DNA of 64,000 bases. It comes from Myxococcales bacterium. GTDB lineage: Bacteria > Myxococcota_A > Polyangia > Polyangiales > Polyangiaceae. Each line of letters starts with the position of its first letter. Within the stretch, counting starts at the first letter, position 1. The translations under genes were made by a program, and so were the position numbers. Location of the stretch: assembly GCA_016703425.1 (NCBI GenBank), contig JADJCA010000011.1, forward strand, positions 186,050 through 250,049, read 5' to 3'. Shown here one piece after another: positions 1 through 9,868 of the stretch. The notes beneath the pieces are model-generated. The model had not been told where the DNA came from, made no database searches, and worked only from the letters and a program-made list of their open reading frames with translations.

Positions 1-386
1 CCACCGTGGCTCCTCAAGCGAGCCTCGATGGCGCGGGCGGCAGCGATGGACTTCTCGCCATCTGCCAACGTCACGATGGGCCTCTCCAAGACGATCTCCG
101 ACGGCGTCAGGCCCGAGAGCCGCACGCGCACGCGGTCGGCGTCGAAGGTCACCGAGGGCGCCGATGGATCGGTGCCGTGGAGGCGCGAGAAGCTCACCTC
201 CGCCCACGAGACCGAGGCGCTTTCGACGGTAAGGTCGATGCCGCGCGACTTCGCCTCCGAGGCGAGCCGCGCCTTGAGGAGCGCCGGCAGCACGGCGACG
301 AGGACCACGCCGCCCGCGAGCAGAAGGACGAGCAAGGCGACGGCCCAGCGCCGAGCACGACCGCGACCCCGCACCACAGACGCCAT
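1..386 (-). CDS. hypothetical membrane-anchored protein; only the N-terminal ~128 aa is inside the window (gene continues past position 1)
   Basis: Reverse-strand ATG at 384-386. Translation starts MASVVRGRGRARRWAVALLVLLLAGGVVLVAVLPALLKARL: basic N-terminus followed by one hydrophobic helix. Frame stays open to the window edge. Confidence 0.4.
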   Translation of the reverse strand, partial: MASVVRGRGRARRWAVALLVLLLAGGVVLVAVLPALLKARLASEAKSRGIDLTVESASVSWAEVSFSRLHGTDPSAPSVTFDADRVRVRLSGLTPSEIVLERPIVTLADGEKSIAAARAIEARLRSHG

Positions 387-445
387 GCCTCTTCTTACCT
401 CAACATCGCCCTCCGAGGGCCGACCTGGCCTACGATCGGGCGACC

Positions 446-1591
446 TTGCACCTCACGCGAAAGGCCCTCAGGCGGTACGCCATCGCACGCAGCTTGTTTT
501 CTCCGGTCTCGCTGCGGCTGGCGGTCGCACGGCTTGGCTTCGTGCAGGCTGATCCGATTCGCGCACCGGCGCGCGCCCAAGATCTGACGTTGCGACCGCG
601 CGTCGTAAACTATCGGGCTTTCGACCTCGATCGGGCCTATGGAGAGCTCGGCCTCGAAGAAGACTGCCTCGTCAACTACGGCTACTTGCCCCGCGAGCAC
701 CTCGCGCTCATGCACCCTCGGGTGCCACGTCGCGCGTGGGACGCGGCCACGGCGAAGCGAGCCAAGGCGCTCCTGCGATTCGCGCGCACGCGGCCCGAAG
801 TGCACCCGCGCGACGTGGAGGCGCGCTTCGGCAGCGCGAAGGTCAAGAACTACTGGGGCGGCACCTCGAACGCGACGACGCACTTGCTCGATGCGCTGCA
901 CTACCGCGGCCATCTGCGCGTCGTACGCCGCGAAGCCGGCGTGCGCGTCTATGCTCCACGCGACCTCGCGCCCATCGAGACGAGCGACGCGGCGCCAGAA
1001 GACCGAGCCAACGCGCTCCTCTGGCTGGCGGCGAAGAAGTACGCACCGCTCCCCGCGAGGAGCCTAGGCCAGCTCGCGAGCATGCTCCGCTACGGCGCGC
1101 CGCAGCTCGCCGCCTCGCTCAAGGCCGCGGCGACGCGGGCGAAGGCGACGTGGCCGCGGGTCACGCTCGATGGAACCGAATGGCTCTGGCCGCCCGATGA
1201 GGAGCCCCTCGATGCCGGCGAGCCGGAGACGCTGCACCTGCTCGCGCCTTTCGATCCCGTCGTCTGGGATCGGCGCCGCTTCGAACTGTTTTGGGGATGG
1301 GCGTACCGCTTCGAGGCGTACACGCCGGCGAAGAAGCGCGTGCGCGGCTACTACGCGTTGCCGCTCTTGTGGCGCGACGACGTCGTGGGCTGGGCGAACC
1401 TCTCCGCCGGAGGCGGCCAACTCGACGTCGACCTCGGCTTCGTGAGCGGTGCGGCGCCGCGGGGGCCGGCCTTTCGCCGCGCCTTGGAGGAAGAGGTGGA
1501 GAACATGCGGACCTTCCTTGGCCTCGCGTCGCCGTCGTCGACGCCGTCACCAAGCGAGGCGACGCGGCGGCGGCCAGCGACGGCTCGATGA
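446..1591 (+). CDS. YcaQ/AlkZ-family winged-helix DNA glycosylase (HTH_42 family, interstrand crosslink repair type)
   Basis: 381 aa. Segment [50 protein letters not shown] matches, as I recall it, E. coli YcaQ [49 protein letters not shown]. N-terminal QADP-containing winged-helix region also present. Confidence 0.8.
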   Translation: [381 protein letters not shown]

Positions 1592-1598
1592 CGACCGC

Positions 1599-2537
1599 TC
1601 AGTTGCCGCAGAGCTTGCCGTTGTATTTGGTGATGGCGTCGGACACGAAGACGTTGATGGCGTTCTCGCGCTCCGGCGTGAGCACGAACTTGGGGTGGGA
1701 GTAGTCGGGGCCGACGGCCACGGCTTGGGCCTTGATGCGCACGCCATACGACGGCACCGGCTGCGTGCCGCTCAAGCCGATGTAGCGCGTGATGAACGGC
1801 GTCTTCTTGGTTCCTTCAAAGGTCTTGATGTCCGGTTCGACACCCGAGGCCACCCCCATGTAGAAGCCATTGTCGCCGGCCGTGTGGCACGTCGCGCAGC
1901 GCGCGTCGTTGCAATCGGTGCATTGGTCGGGGTTCTCGTTCGTGCGCGCGACCGTCTTCAGCGCGCCCCACTGAATCGCTTCGAAGAGCCCTTGGCTGAA
2001 GCAAGAGCCGACCTTCTCGAGGATGTTCACGGGCGCCGCCTGCCCCACGCGCTCCTTGGCTTCGAGGGCGAGCCACTCCTGAATCGTGGCGGCCTGCGCG
2101 GGAGCGAGCGCCGGCGCCGCGCCGCCGGCGTGAGTGCCCTTTGAGAGGAGCGAGCTCGAGGTCACGATCATCCCGCGAGCGTCGAGGCTCTGGTAGGCGG
2201 TGTCGGCTGTGCCCTGGAGGAACATGGGCGCGCCCGCCGTGCCGGTCGCGTGGCACGCGCCACACGTGGTTTGGATCGCCGGGTAGACCTTCGCGACGAA
2301 GAACTGATGCGCGGAAGACGACGCGCTGCCCGGCCCGCTGCTCGGCGGCGCGCCGAAGGGTTGAGGCGCCGAGGTGGAGCCGCTCGGCGCGGCGGTCGGG
2401 GCGGGCGCGGTGCCGGTCGGCGCGGTGGCGCCGGGATTCAACGTGTTGCTCGCCGCGTCGCTACACGCGGCTGCATGCGCCACGAGCACGATGGCACCGA
2501 GCCCTCCGAGGTAGCAGCGCGAGACGCGGTCCATCAT
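1599..2537 (-). CDS. c-type cytochrome-like lipoprotein with two CXXCH haem-binding motifs
   Basis: Start MMDRVSRCYLGGLGAIVLVAHAAACS (signal peptide plus lipobox) at 2535-2537. Motifs CGACH and CATCH present. Start overlaps the stop of the upstream gene by 4 nt. The long N-terminal extension in the ORF track is Arg-rich junk. Confidence 0.6.
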   Translation of the reverse strand: MMDRVSRCYLGGLGAIVLVAHAAACSDAASNTLNPGATAPTGTAPAPTAAPSGSTSAPQPFGAPPSSGPGSASSSAHQFFVAKVYPAIQTTCGACHATGTAGAPMFLQGTADTAYQSLDARGMIVTSSSLLSKGTHAGGAAPALAPAQAATIQEWLALEAKERVGQAAPVNILEKVGSCFSQGLFEAIQWGALKTVARTNENPDQCTDCNDARCATCHTAGDNGFYMGVASGVEPDIKTFEGTKKTPFITRYIGLSGTQPVPSYGVRIKAQAVAVGPDYSHPKFVLTPERENAINVFVSDAITKYNGKLCGN

Positions 2538-4408
2538 GACGATTGGGTCTCCCGACGGCGGAGGCGACGCGCGACGGTCGCCACCGCGAAGAGTAACCCG
2601 ACGAGACCGGCGCGCCCATCGGCGGCATTGGCGGCAGTGGTGCGACACGAGCAGCCGTCGTTCGTGGCGCCCAGGTCGGCGCCAGCAATGCCCTGCAAAT
2701 TCGCCGCGGGCGGGGTGCCGGGCGCCGCGGCGGCTCCAGAGGCGGCTGCGCTCGGAGAAGGCCCGGGCTTCACGTCGGCCGTCACGGGCCCGGGAACGGC
2801 GTCGATCTTCTCGTCCCACGTCGCCGGAACGAGCGAGATCCAAAGGCTCTCGCGGTTGGTGCCAGGAAACTGTCCCGGGTCTTTGGCGAAGCCCGGGAGC
2901 GTCGTCAGGAAGAACGTGCGCGCTTCGGGGATGAACCCGTTCGGCTTGCCGTAGCCGGGATTCTCGATGCCGCCGATGCCGTTCAGGAAGCCCGCGCCTT
3001 GGTTGTTGGGGTTTCGCTTTCCCCGCGCCGGCAGGTTGGCCACGTCGGAAAAGAGCGACACCTCGAGCCGCAGGTTCGGGTTCACGCTCGGCTTGCCGAC
3101 GGCGTCGACCTCCACGATCTGGAGCTTGCCCTTGCCGATACCCGTCGACGACCCGCCCATGACGCCGATGGCCGGCTTGCCCATGCCTGCACCGAAGATC
3201 ATCGGAAAGCTGAAGGCGTGCCGCTGGTAGGGCGCCACGTTGTCGACGGCCTCGAGCACTTGCAGATCGGCGAGGCGAACGGTGACGAGGGACGACAGGT
3301 TCACGCCGCCCGAGTGACCGTCTTGGTTGTTGTTGTTGTTCTTCGCGTTGGCGGACTTCTGAAAGCCCATGGCGCCGAGGCCGCCGCCCAAGTGAATCAG
3401 CCCCGAGTTCTGCACGGCGTGCATCTTCGTGCCGGTGTTGGTGCCGTTCGGATCCGACTCCACGATGTTCTTCGACTGGATCACGTTGCCGGTGCGCGCG
3501 TCGAACTTCACGAGCGCGATGGCGTCGGCGGGCTGGTTGTTGCCCTCGACGGTGGTCATGTAAGCCTCGTACGAACCGGGCAAGGGGCAGGTCACCTGCG
3601 GGCGGCAGTGTTTGGCGTCCTGCACGAGCTGCTTGAAGTACGGGACCGTGACCTTCGCGCCGCCGGGCGCCGCCTCCACGAGGATCTTCATGACCATCGC
3701 GTTGGCGTTGTTGCGCTGCATGCCGACGAGAAAGGCTTCGCCGGTGCCTTCGAGCCCCAGCGGACAGATGCTGTGCGGCCCGAAGGTCTGGTCGTTGTTG
3801 GCTTGGTCGGTGAGCGACACGAGGTTCGTGGGCTTCGTGAGCCGATCGCCGCCGCGGGTGCTGTTGACGATGGGCACCATGGCCCCCGCCGGCATGCCCG
3901 GTTGCTCCAACGTGGTCGTGACGAAGGCCGACGTCTGCGGGTTGTTGTTCGCGCCGTTGTCTTCCGTCGCGAAGACGGCGAGGGCAAAGTTGAGCTGCTG
4001 GCCTAGTCCGAGCAGCGGCCGCATGAAGGCGCGCTCGCCATTCAAGATGGGCATGTCAACGCGGCCGAGGTGCACGAGCCCCTTGTCGGCCGTGAGGTCC
4101 GAAAAGAAGATCGACCCTTGCATGTGGCTGCCGTCGTTGTTCGCCGTCGGCGACGAGATCGTGAAGATCGTTCCGATGCGGACCTTGAAGCTTCCGTCAG
4201 GGTTCACGATCTTGCGAAACGTCGGCTTCGCATCCATGACGCCGGCGCCCGTGTTCTTCGCCACCGCGGCCGCCCCGTTCGGCGCTTCGTAGGCAAGCGA
4301 CGTCGCCGTGCGAAGCAGCACGGCGGGCTTGTTTTGTGCCGCCGCCGCCGAGGCCAAGAGGCCCGTCGTGAGAAGCGTGGTGAAGAAGGCGGTGCGGGTC
4401 ATCGACAT
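2534..4408 (-). CDS. secreted protein with C-terminal MYXO-CTERM-like sorting tail
   Basis: Start MSMTRTAFFTTLLTTGLLASAAAAQ at 4408 with GAGGAA ribosome binding site about 7 nt upstream. 624 aa, Asn/Gly/Thr-rich body. C-terminus GCSCRTTAANAADGRAGLVGLLFAVATVARRLRRRE has the Cys motif, hydrophobic stretch and Arg cluster typical of a MYXO-CTERM tail. Confidence 0.6.
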   Translation of the reverse strand: MSMTRTAFFTTLLTTGLLASAAAAQNKPAVLLRTATSLAYEAPNGAAAVAKNTGAGVMDAKPTFRKIVNPDGSFKVRIGTIFTISSPTANNDGSHMQGSIFFSDLTADKGLVHLGRVDMPILNGERAFMRPLLGLGQQLNFALAVFATEDNGANNNPQTSAFVTTTLEQPGMPAGAMVPIVNSTRGGDRLTKPTNLVSLTDQANNDQTFGPHSICPLGLEGTGEAFLVGMQRNNANAMVMKILVEAAPGGAKVTVPYFKQLVQDAKHCRPQVTCPLPGSYEAYMTTVEGNNQPADAIALVKFDARTGNVIQSKNIVESDPNGTNTGTKMHAVQNSGLIHLGGGLGAMGFQKSANAKNNNNNQDGHSGGVNLSSLVTVRLADLQVLEAVDNVAPYQRHAFSFPMIFGAGMGKPAIGVMGGSSTGIGKGKLQIVEVDAVGKPSVNPNLRLEVSLFSDVANLPARGKRNPNNQGAGFLNGIGGIENPGYGKPNGFIPEARTFFLTTLPGFAKDPGQFPGTNRESLWISLVPATWDEKIDAVPGPVTADVKPGPSPSAAASGAAAAPGTPPAANLQGIAGADLGATNDGCSCRTTAANAADGRAGLVGLLFAVATVARRLRRRETQSS

Positions 4409-4442
4409 GGCAGGTTCCTCGCGAGCGTGAAGTGGCGATGAG

Positions 4443-5498
4443 TCAGTCGGCGGTGGCGAGCGTGAGCAGGTCGTCCGCCGACGCCAAGGACGACGCGTCC
4501 TCCACGGCGACGAGGGCGCGCTGGGTGGTGGCGCGAGCGGGCGCGGTGGTGACGGAGACGGCGGTGATGTCGACGTCGCGCTCTTCGGGTTTGCCGTGAG
4601 GCGCCTGAAAAGCGGCGGGGAGCCCGACGACGATGCGACCGTGCTGGTGGTTCGGGAGCCCGAAGCTAACCCGCGCCGAGAGCACCTCCGCACCGGTCGC
4701 GCGGGCGACGAGATCGTCGCCGGCCGTTAGCTCGACGGAGGCCGCGGCGCCGACCGCGACGCCGTGTTTCTGAAGGAGCTTGCCGAGGTCGTAGCGCGCT
4801 CCACCTTGCGACGTTTCGAAGGCGACGTCGGCGCCGATGCGGCGGCGCTTCACTTGCCCCACGAGGCGACCATCCAGGTAGAGGCGCGTCCCCTTTTCGA
4901 GGGTGCCCTCGAGGTAGGGAATGGCCTCGGAGCAGGTGCGATCGTCGGCGCCCGCGTAGCAGCTCCTCTTTGCATGGAGCGCCGGCACGGCGCGATCGAC
5001 GTAGACGAGCAGTTGGCGAATCTCGTCGACGCGGAAGGTGTTCTTTAGGCCGCTGGTCCACCAGCCGGTGCGGGGAATGCCGGTCCGCTCGAGACGAAAG
5101 TCGAAGAGGAAGCGGTTCGGCTCGCGGCGAAGTTCGGTGCCTTCGATGCTCGCGAAGCGGTGGCCGTTGCCGCCGACGTGAACGGCGCGGACGCGGGCCA
5201 CGTCGACACCGAGCGCGGCGAGGTATTCGCCGAGCCGGTAGTAGCGAGCCTTGGGCTTGCCATCGAGCGGCGACGTCGTCGGGGCGAGCGTGGCCGGCAC
5301 CTCACCAAAGCGGAGGAACGCCATGAGCTTGCCGTCGACGACGACCGGCGCGTCAACTTGCGCGCGGCGCCGAACACCGTGAACGGCGGTACCGGACTCT
5401 TCGACAGCGCTCCCGACGGGCGCGCTGGACTTCGGCTCTGCCGTCGCTGGCTTGCATCCCGCCACGGCAGCGAGCAGCACGAGAGGGAAGCGCGTCAT
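4443..5498 (-). CDS. hypothetical lipoprotein
   Basis: Start MTRFPLVLLAAVAGCKPATA (lipobox AGC) at 5496-5498. 351 aa with ordinary composition. The upstream 36 codons in the track ORF look non-coding. Confidence 0.5.
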   Translation of the reverse strand: MTRFPLVLLAAVAGCKPATAEPKSSAPVGSAVEESGTAVHGVRRRAQVDAPVVVDGKLMAFLRFGEVPATLAPTTSPLDGKPKARYYRLGEYLAALGVDVARVRAVHVGGNGHRFASIEGTELRREPNRFLFDFRLERTGIPRTGWWTSGLKNTFRVDEIRQLLVYVDRAVPALHAKRSCYAGADDRTCSEAIPYLEGTLEKGTRLYLDGRLVGQVKRRRIGADVAFETSQGGARYDLGKLLQKHGVAVGAAASVELTAGDDLVARATGAEVLSARVSFGLPNHQHGRIVVGLPAAFQAPHGKPEERDVDITAVSVTTAPARATTQRALVAVEDASSLASADDLLTLATAD

Positions 5499-5720
5499 CG
5501 AACGAGAGCGTTGCACTCGTCGTGCCCACGGCGCCGTTCCGCCGACGGCAAAAAACGCCGCCGAAGATGGCCGATTTTTCAACGAGTTGGCGGCGAAGGC
5601 GAGCACCACCCAAAGCGCGAAAACGTTGCGCCGTCGAGGGGCCGCCTCGCTGGATCCGAAGCGCGGTCGAGTGTCGCCTCAGGGTGCGAGTAGGTGGCGA
5701 GCCGACACGCCGAAGCGCCT

Positions 5721-6452
5721 ATGCTGCGGGCGATGCTTCGCCATTCGCTTCGGTGCGCCTTCACCCCCTCCGTTCTCGTGGTTGTCATCGCCACCGCCGC
5801 CGGCTGCGCGGCGCCGCCGCCGCCGCCGCCGCATGACCACCGGGAGCATCACGCGGAGGACCACCACCCCGGCACGGTCCACCATTCGTTCGCCGACGCC
5901 GAACGCTGGAGCCGCGAGTTCGACGCCGTCGATCGCGACGGCTGGCAGAAGCCCGACGAGGTCGTATCGCTGATGGCCATCACCGCGGGCCAGACGGTCG
6001 TCGATCTGGGCGCCGGCACCGGCTACTTCCTCGCGCGCTTGTCGAAGGCCGCGGGGCCCAGCGGCAAGGTCATCGGCCTCGACATCGAACCCAACATGGT
6101 CGATCACATGGCGAAGCGCGCATCCCGCGACGGACTGATGAACGTCGAGGCGCGCCGCGTCGCCCTCGACGGGTCCGACCTCCCGCAAGGCGTCGACCGA
6201 TTCCTCATCGTCGACACGTGGCATCACATCGACGCCCGCGGCGCCTACGCGAAGAGGCTCGCGGCGGCGCTGAAGCCCGGCGGCGCCGTGATTGTTGTCG
6301 ACTTCACGCGTGACGCCCCGAAAGGGCCGCCAGCGAAGCACCGGCTCTCACCGGAATCCGTGATGGCCGAGCTCGCAGCGGGCGGCTTCGAGAGCCGCCT
6401 CGCCGAGGAGTCGCTACCGCATCAATACGTCGTGGTCGCGAAGAAGCGGTGA
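5721..6452 (+). CDS. class I SAM-dependent methyltransferase, lipoprotein-anchored, with His-rich N-terminal region
   Basis: SAM-binding motif VVDLGAGTGYF and later VVDF motif. N-terminus MLRAMLRHSLRCAFTPSVLVVVIATAAGCAAPPPPPPHDHREHHAEDHH has a lipobox followed by a His-rich stretch. Confidence 0.8.
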   Translation: MLRAMLRHSLRCAFTPSVLVVVIATAAGCAAPPPPPPHDHREHHAEDHHPGTVHHSFADAERWSREFDAVDRDGWQKPDEVVSLMAITAGQTVVDLGAGTGYFLARLSKAAGPSGKVIGLDIEPNMVDHMAKRASRDGLMNVEARRVALDGSDLPQGVDRFLIVDTWHHIDARGAYAKRLAAALKPGGAVIVVDFTRDAPKGPPAKHRLSPESVMAELAAGGFESRLAEESLPHQYVVVAKKR

Positions 6453-6496
6453 CGCTGACCGAGCGGCGGCTTCGCCCCGCCGCTCGACGGCGGGCG

Positions 6497-7543
6497 TTAG
6501 TTCTTCGTGCCGTCGGCGTCGGCGAGCCACCAGGGCTTCGTGACGAGGCCGTGCCACGCTGCCTCGATGGCGCCGTCGATGATGAAGTCGCGGTGCCGAT
6601 CGACGCGAACGGCGCCGCCGGCGTTGCTCTTGCCATCGGGCCCGATGGTGCCCCACGCGTAGACGCCGAGGACGCGCGGGAACTTCTTGTCGAACTTCTT
6701 TTGGTCAAAGACCGCGGAGCCCGAGTCGCCGCTACCGCCGCCGGGGCCCACCAGGAATTGCCCCGTCGTCAGCGTGTAGGAGTGCGTCGTGAGGACCGAG
6801 TGATCGGCGACGGTGCACTTGCCGGCCTTGTTCGAGGCACACTTGAACGGCACGTGCTCTGCGACGCGGCGCTGCAAGTCGCCGCGGTCCACGTTCGCGG
6901 TGCCGGTCACGTCGAGCGTCACGGGATCAACGGAGAACTCCTCCGTCACGACGCCGCGCCCAACGAGGGCCACTTCCTTCGGCGGGTGCTTGGCGATGTC
7001 ACGCGAGAAGTCGACGCCGGCATACCGCGCCTCGGCGTAGGGCACCGGCTTAGCGAGGATCAAGAGCGCGATGTCGTCGTCGCAGAACGAGTTCGTCGCC
7101 GGAAAGAGGATCTTGTCGACGTCGTACCACTTGGGGCTTCCGACGAACAAAGACGAGCTGGTGGTGACTCGCGTGCCGCCCTCGCGGAACGCCGTCTCGG
7201 TGAAGTGTTGCTCGCAGAACAGCGGCGGCGTCGCGGCGCCGACGTTCGGCTCCGCCGTGTGCACGCAATGGCGCGCGGTGAGCACGAGGTTCGGCCCAAT
7301 GAGCGTGCCGGAGCACTTCACGGCGCCCGTCCGGCACGTGCCAACGGGACCCACGGTCGCGTCGGTCACGAGAGGCCCGGTGCAAACGCCGACGTCAAAC
7401 GTGTTGTTCGTGTCGAGGGCGCCACCGAGGATCGCCTCCTCGGATTCACCGAGATCGCGCGCCTCGCTGCTGCAGCCGGCGAGGAGCGCGGCGGCGGTGA
7501 GGACGAGCTTCGAGACAGAGGCGGAGGTGTTCCGTACGTTCAT
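6497..7543 (-). CDS. trypsin-like (S1 family) serine protease, lipoprotein
   Basis: Catalytic triad contexts TARHC (His), DIALL (Asp) and GDSGS (Ser). Signal peptide with lipobox LLAGCSS. Confidence 0.85.
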   Translation of the reverse strand: MNVRNTSASVSKLVLTAAALLAGCSSEARDLGESEEAILGGALDTNNTFDVGVCTGPLVTDATVGPVGTCRTGAVKCSGTLIGPNLVLTARHCVHTAEPNVGAATPPLFCEQHFTETAFREGGTRVTTSSSLFVGSPKWYDVDKILFPATNSFCDDDIALLILAKPVPYAEARYAGVDFSRDIAKHPPKEVALVGRGVVTEEFSVDPVTLDVTGTANVDRGDLQRRVAEHVPFKCASNKAGKCTVADHSVLTTHSYTLTTGQFLVGPGGGSGDSGSAVFDQKKFDKKFPRVLGVYAWGTIGPDGKSNAGGAVRVDRHRDFIIDGAIEAAWHGLVTKPWWLADADGTKN

Positions 7544-7692
7544 GGCGCGACTTCTACTCGCCTCGTCTGTTGCGAGTAGGGACTAAGCCGGAACGCTGGC
7601 AAGAAGTCCCCGGTCAAAGCGGGGGGCGCAACCCTTGCGCATCTGTGTCCAGAGGAGCGAGCGCGAGCGGCTTGGCGCGTTCGGGCGCGCCG

Positions 7693-7965
7693 TCAGCCGC
7701 CGTCGATCTTCGTGAGCGAGGCGCGGATCAGGTCGACGCTGGTGGCGAAGCGCTTGGTGAACTGTGTCTTCAAGGCCTTCGACTCTTCGTCGAGGGTGTC
7801 GATGATTTCGGCATAGTCGGCGAACTTCCGTCGCGCGGCGGCGATGGCGATGGTGCGCTCATCGCCTTCGATGGTGTTGCCAGCGGCCGCCTCGGCACCC
7901 TCGGCGATGCTCACCAAGTCCTTGCCGAAACGCACGAGAAGCTCGGAATACGCGACGGTGTCCAT
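7693..7965 (-). CDS. hypothetical small protein (90 aa)
   Basis: Clean ORF with low Arg content and Lys/Glu/Asp-rich composition unlike the surrounding antisense ORFs. Confidence 0.4.
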   Translation of the reverse strand: MDTVAYSELLVRFGKDLVSIAEGAEAAAGNTIEGDERTIAIAAARRKFADYAEIIDTLDEESKALKTQFTKRFATSVDLIRASLTKIDGG

Positions 7966-8106
7966 GGCTGTGTCTCTCGCGAAGCGCGCGACGCGTCAAA
8001 GGGAACCGACGAAATTCGCACATCGCGGGGGGGTGGCGACGAGCTCGGCGGGATTCAAAGGCTGGAACGGGAGGCCGCCCAGCGCGATTCCCAGTAGTGT
8101 CACCCG

Positions 8107-8517
8107 ATGAAGATCGCGCGCCTTCACGGCATCGTGCTCTTCTTCGTCGCGTTCGCAATCCCCGCTGCCTCGTACCTCGATGGCAGCGGCCGCTTGGCCT
8201 ACTCGATGTTCGCCGACATCGCCGAGTCGAGGATTGAGATCCGCGGCGAGGACGCGGCGGAACGCGCGTTTCCCATTGCGGCGACCAAGGTCGCGACGGC
8301 CCTCACGGGCGCCGCGCGAACGGCGATGGTTGGCGCGGATCACTTCCACACGGGCCCCGTGCACCGGATGATGCGCATGCACCTGGATGATCTCGCGGGC
8401 GCCGCGTGCCTCGTCGAGCCGACCGCTCGCTTCGTCACTGTGAGGCTCGTCGAGCGCCACGACGTGTTGGCGACGACGCAAACCTTCGAGAGTCGAAGGC
8501 GCCCATGTTCGCGGTAA
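8107..8517 (+). CDS. hypothetical protein with N-terminal signal/TM segment
   Basis: MKIARLHGIVLFFVAFAIPAASY hydrophobic N-terminus. The end overlaps the start of the next gene by 13 nt, suggesting an operon. Confidence 0.35.
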   Translation: MKIARLHGIVLFFVAFAIPAASYLDGSGRLAYSMFADIAESRIEIRGEDAAERAFPIAATKVATALTGAARTAMVGADHFHTGPVHRMMRMHLDDLAGAACLVEPTARFVTVRLVERHDVLATTQTFESRRRPCSR

Positions 8518-9311
8518 CGGCCTTCGAGGCTCGACGCCTGGGCGCGATTCGCGCTGTCGTCGGCGCGTTCTTCGTGGTCCGAACGACACCACTGCTCGAG
8601 TGGGTCCCGGGTCTGCTTCGCCATCACGGCGGACCCCTCTACGGGTGGCCCGATGAGCAGGCGTACCGCATGGGCCTCTTTGGCGTGCTCTTGCCCATCG
8701 CGCTCGTGAAGGCCCTCTGTGTCGTCCGAACGGGGGCGGCACTGCTCTTCGCTTTGGGCGTGCACGCTCGGGTGGCGGGCGTCACGGCTGCGCTTGCCGG
8801 TTACCTCGTCTGGTCGCAAGAGCCGCTGTCGTTCATCTTCACGTACAACACGTTGCTGGTGGCCACGCTGCTCGTGGCCCTCGGTGACGGAGCGGAGGTG
8901 CACACGCTGCTGGGTCAGAGAGGCCAGGCTACCGCATCGCCCGTGTCGAGCGTTTGGCTCCTTCGAGGCTTCGTGGTCTCGATTTACGTGTGGGGCGGCA
9001 TCGCGAAATTGAACGCCGCGTGGCTCGCCGGCGAGACCTTGAGGCGCCTCGCCACCCATCGCTTTATCGACGGAGCCTTTAGCCACCTCGTGCTCGCTTC
9101 ATCAGGGGCACGTGTGGCGGCGGCGTGGGGCACCGTGGCCGCCGAGCTTGGGCTCGCCGTCCTGCTGCTCGTCCCTCGGACCCGCGTCGTCGCCGTCATT
9201 GGTGCGTGCGGTCTGCACGCGATCTTCGAGACGACGGCGCACCCGGACATTTTTGGCTGGCTGATGGTGACGCTCCTCGCGGCATTTTGGCCGCCGCGGA
9301 GGACTACTTGA
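8505..9311 (+). CDS. polytopic membrane protein (HTTM/DoxX-like topology, family unassigned)
   Basis: ATG at 8505. 268 aa with at least 6 hydrophobic helices (LFGVLLPIALVKALCVV, LVATLLVALG, LAVLLLVP, WLMVTLLAAFW). Confidence 0.5.
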   Translation: MFAVTAFEARRLGAIRAVVGAFFVVRTTPLLEWVPGLLRHHGGPLYGWPDEQAYRMGLFGVLLPIALVKALCVVRTGAALLFALGVHARVAGVTAALAGYLVWSQEPLSFIFTYNTLLVATLLVALGDGAEVHTLLGQRGQATASPVSSVWLLRGFVVSIYVWGGIAKLNAAWLAGETLRRLATHRFIDGAFSHLVLASSGARVAAAWGTVAAELGLAVLLLVPRTRVVAVIGACGLHAIFETTAHPDIFGWLMVTLLAAFWPPRRTT

Positions 9312-9810
9312 CGAGGACGCGACCGCTGCCCTGACACCCCTCTTCTGGGGAGCAGTACCCGCCGGTCGATTCGCAGTCGCTGACGAGCGCCGTGTACTGA
9401 CAGGTGAACGGTGCACGACTCGTGTACCTGAGGCAAAACGGAGACTCGGCGAAGTACTCGACGAGCCACCCCCCGACGCACGTGGTGGGCCAGTGCGGGC
9501 ATAGAACCTCGCGCCAGACGCCGGTCTCCTCGTCGACCACACTGGCGTCGCACAAGACGGTTTGAGGAGGGGCTCGGGGCGGCACCCTGGACGTGCCCTC
9601 TGGTGCCGCCCCTGCTTCTGAGGAGCTGTCCCTACCGACCGCGTCCATGTCCGCGTCACCCGCGTCGTCGGGGCCCTGCGTGGCGCCGCCGCAGCCTTCG
9701 CCGCCGACCGACAGCGCCACCAGCGCAAAGCCGAGCGACGCCAGCCAAACGACGGGTAGCGAGCGTCGAGGCCGCGCGATCGTCGAAGACCCCTCGCTCA
9801 TGGGCGACAT
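9304..9810 (-). CDS. secreted Cys-rich protein
   Basis: MSPMSEGSSTIARPRRSLPVVWLASLGFALVALSVGG signal-like N-terminus. Ten Cys in the mature part (CDASVV, CPHW, TCVGGW, FCLRY, FTCQY, DCESTGGYCSPEEGCQG). Confidence 0.45.
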   Translation of the reverse strand: MSPMSEGSSTIARPRRSLPVVWLASLGFALVALSVGGEGCGGATQGPDDAGDADMDAVGRDSSSEAGAAPEGTSRVPPRAPPQTVLCDASVVDEETGVWREVLCPHWPTTCVGGWLVEYFAESPFCLRYTSRAPFTCQYTALVSDCESTGGYCSPEEGCQGSGRVLVK

Positions 9811-9868
9811 ACTCTCCTCCGACGGCGCGATGGACAAGATGTCGCTGTCCCGCCATGCGCGCATCGCG

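Noticed and set aside
2999-4006. 335-aa plus-strand ORF
   Set aside because: Antisense to the MYXO-CTERM protein gene. Val/Arg/His-rich junk.
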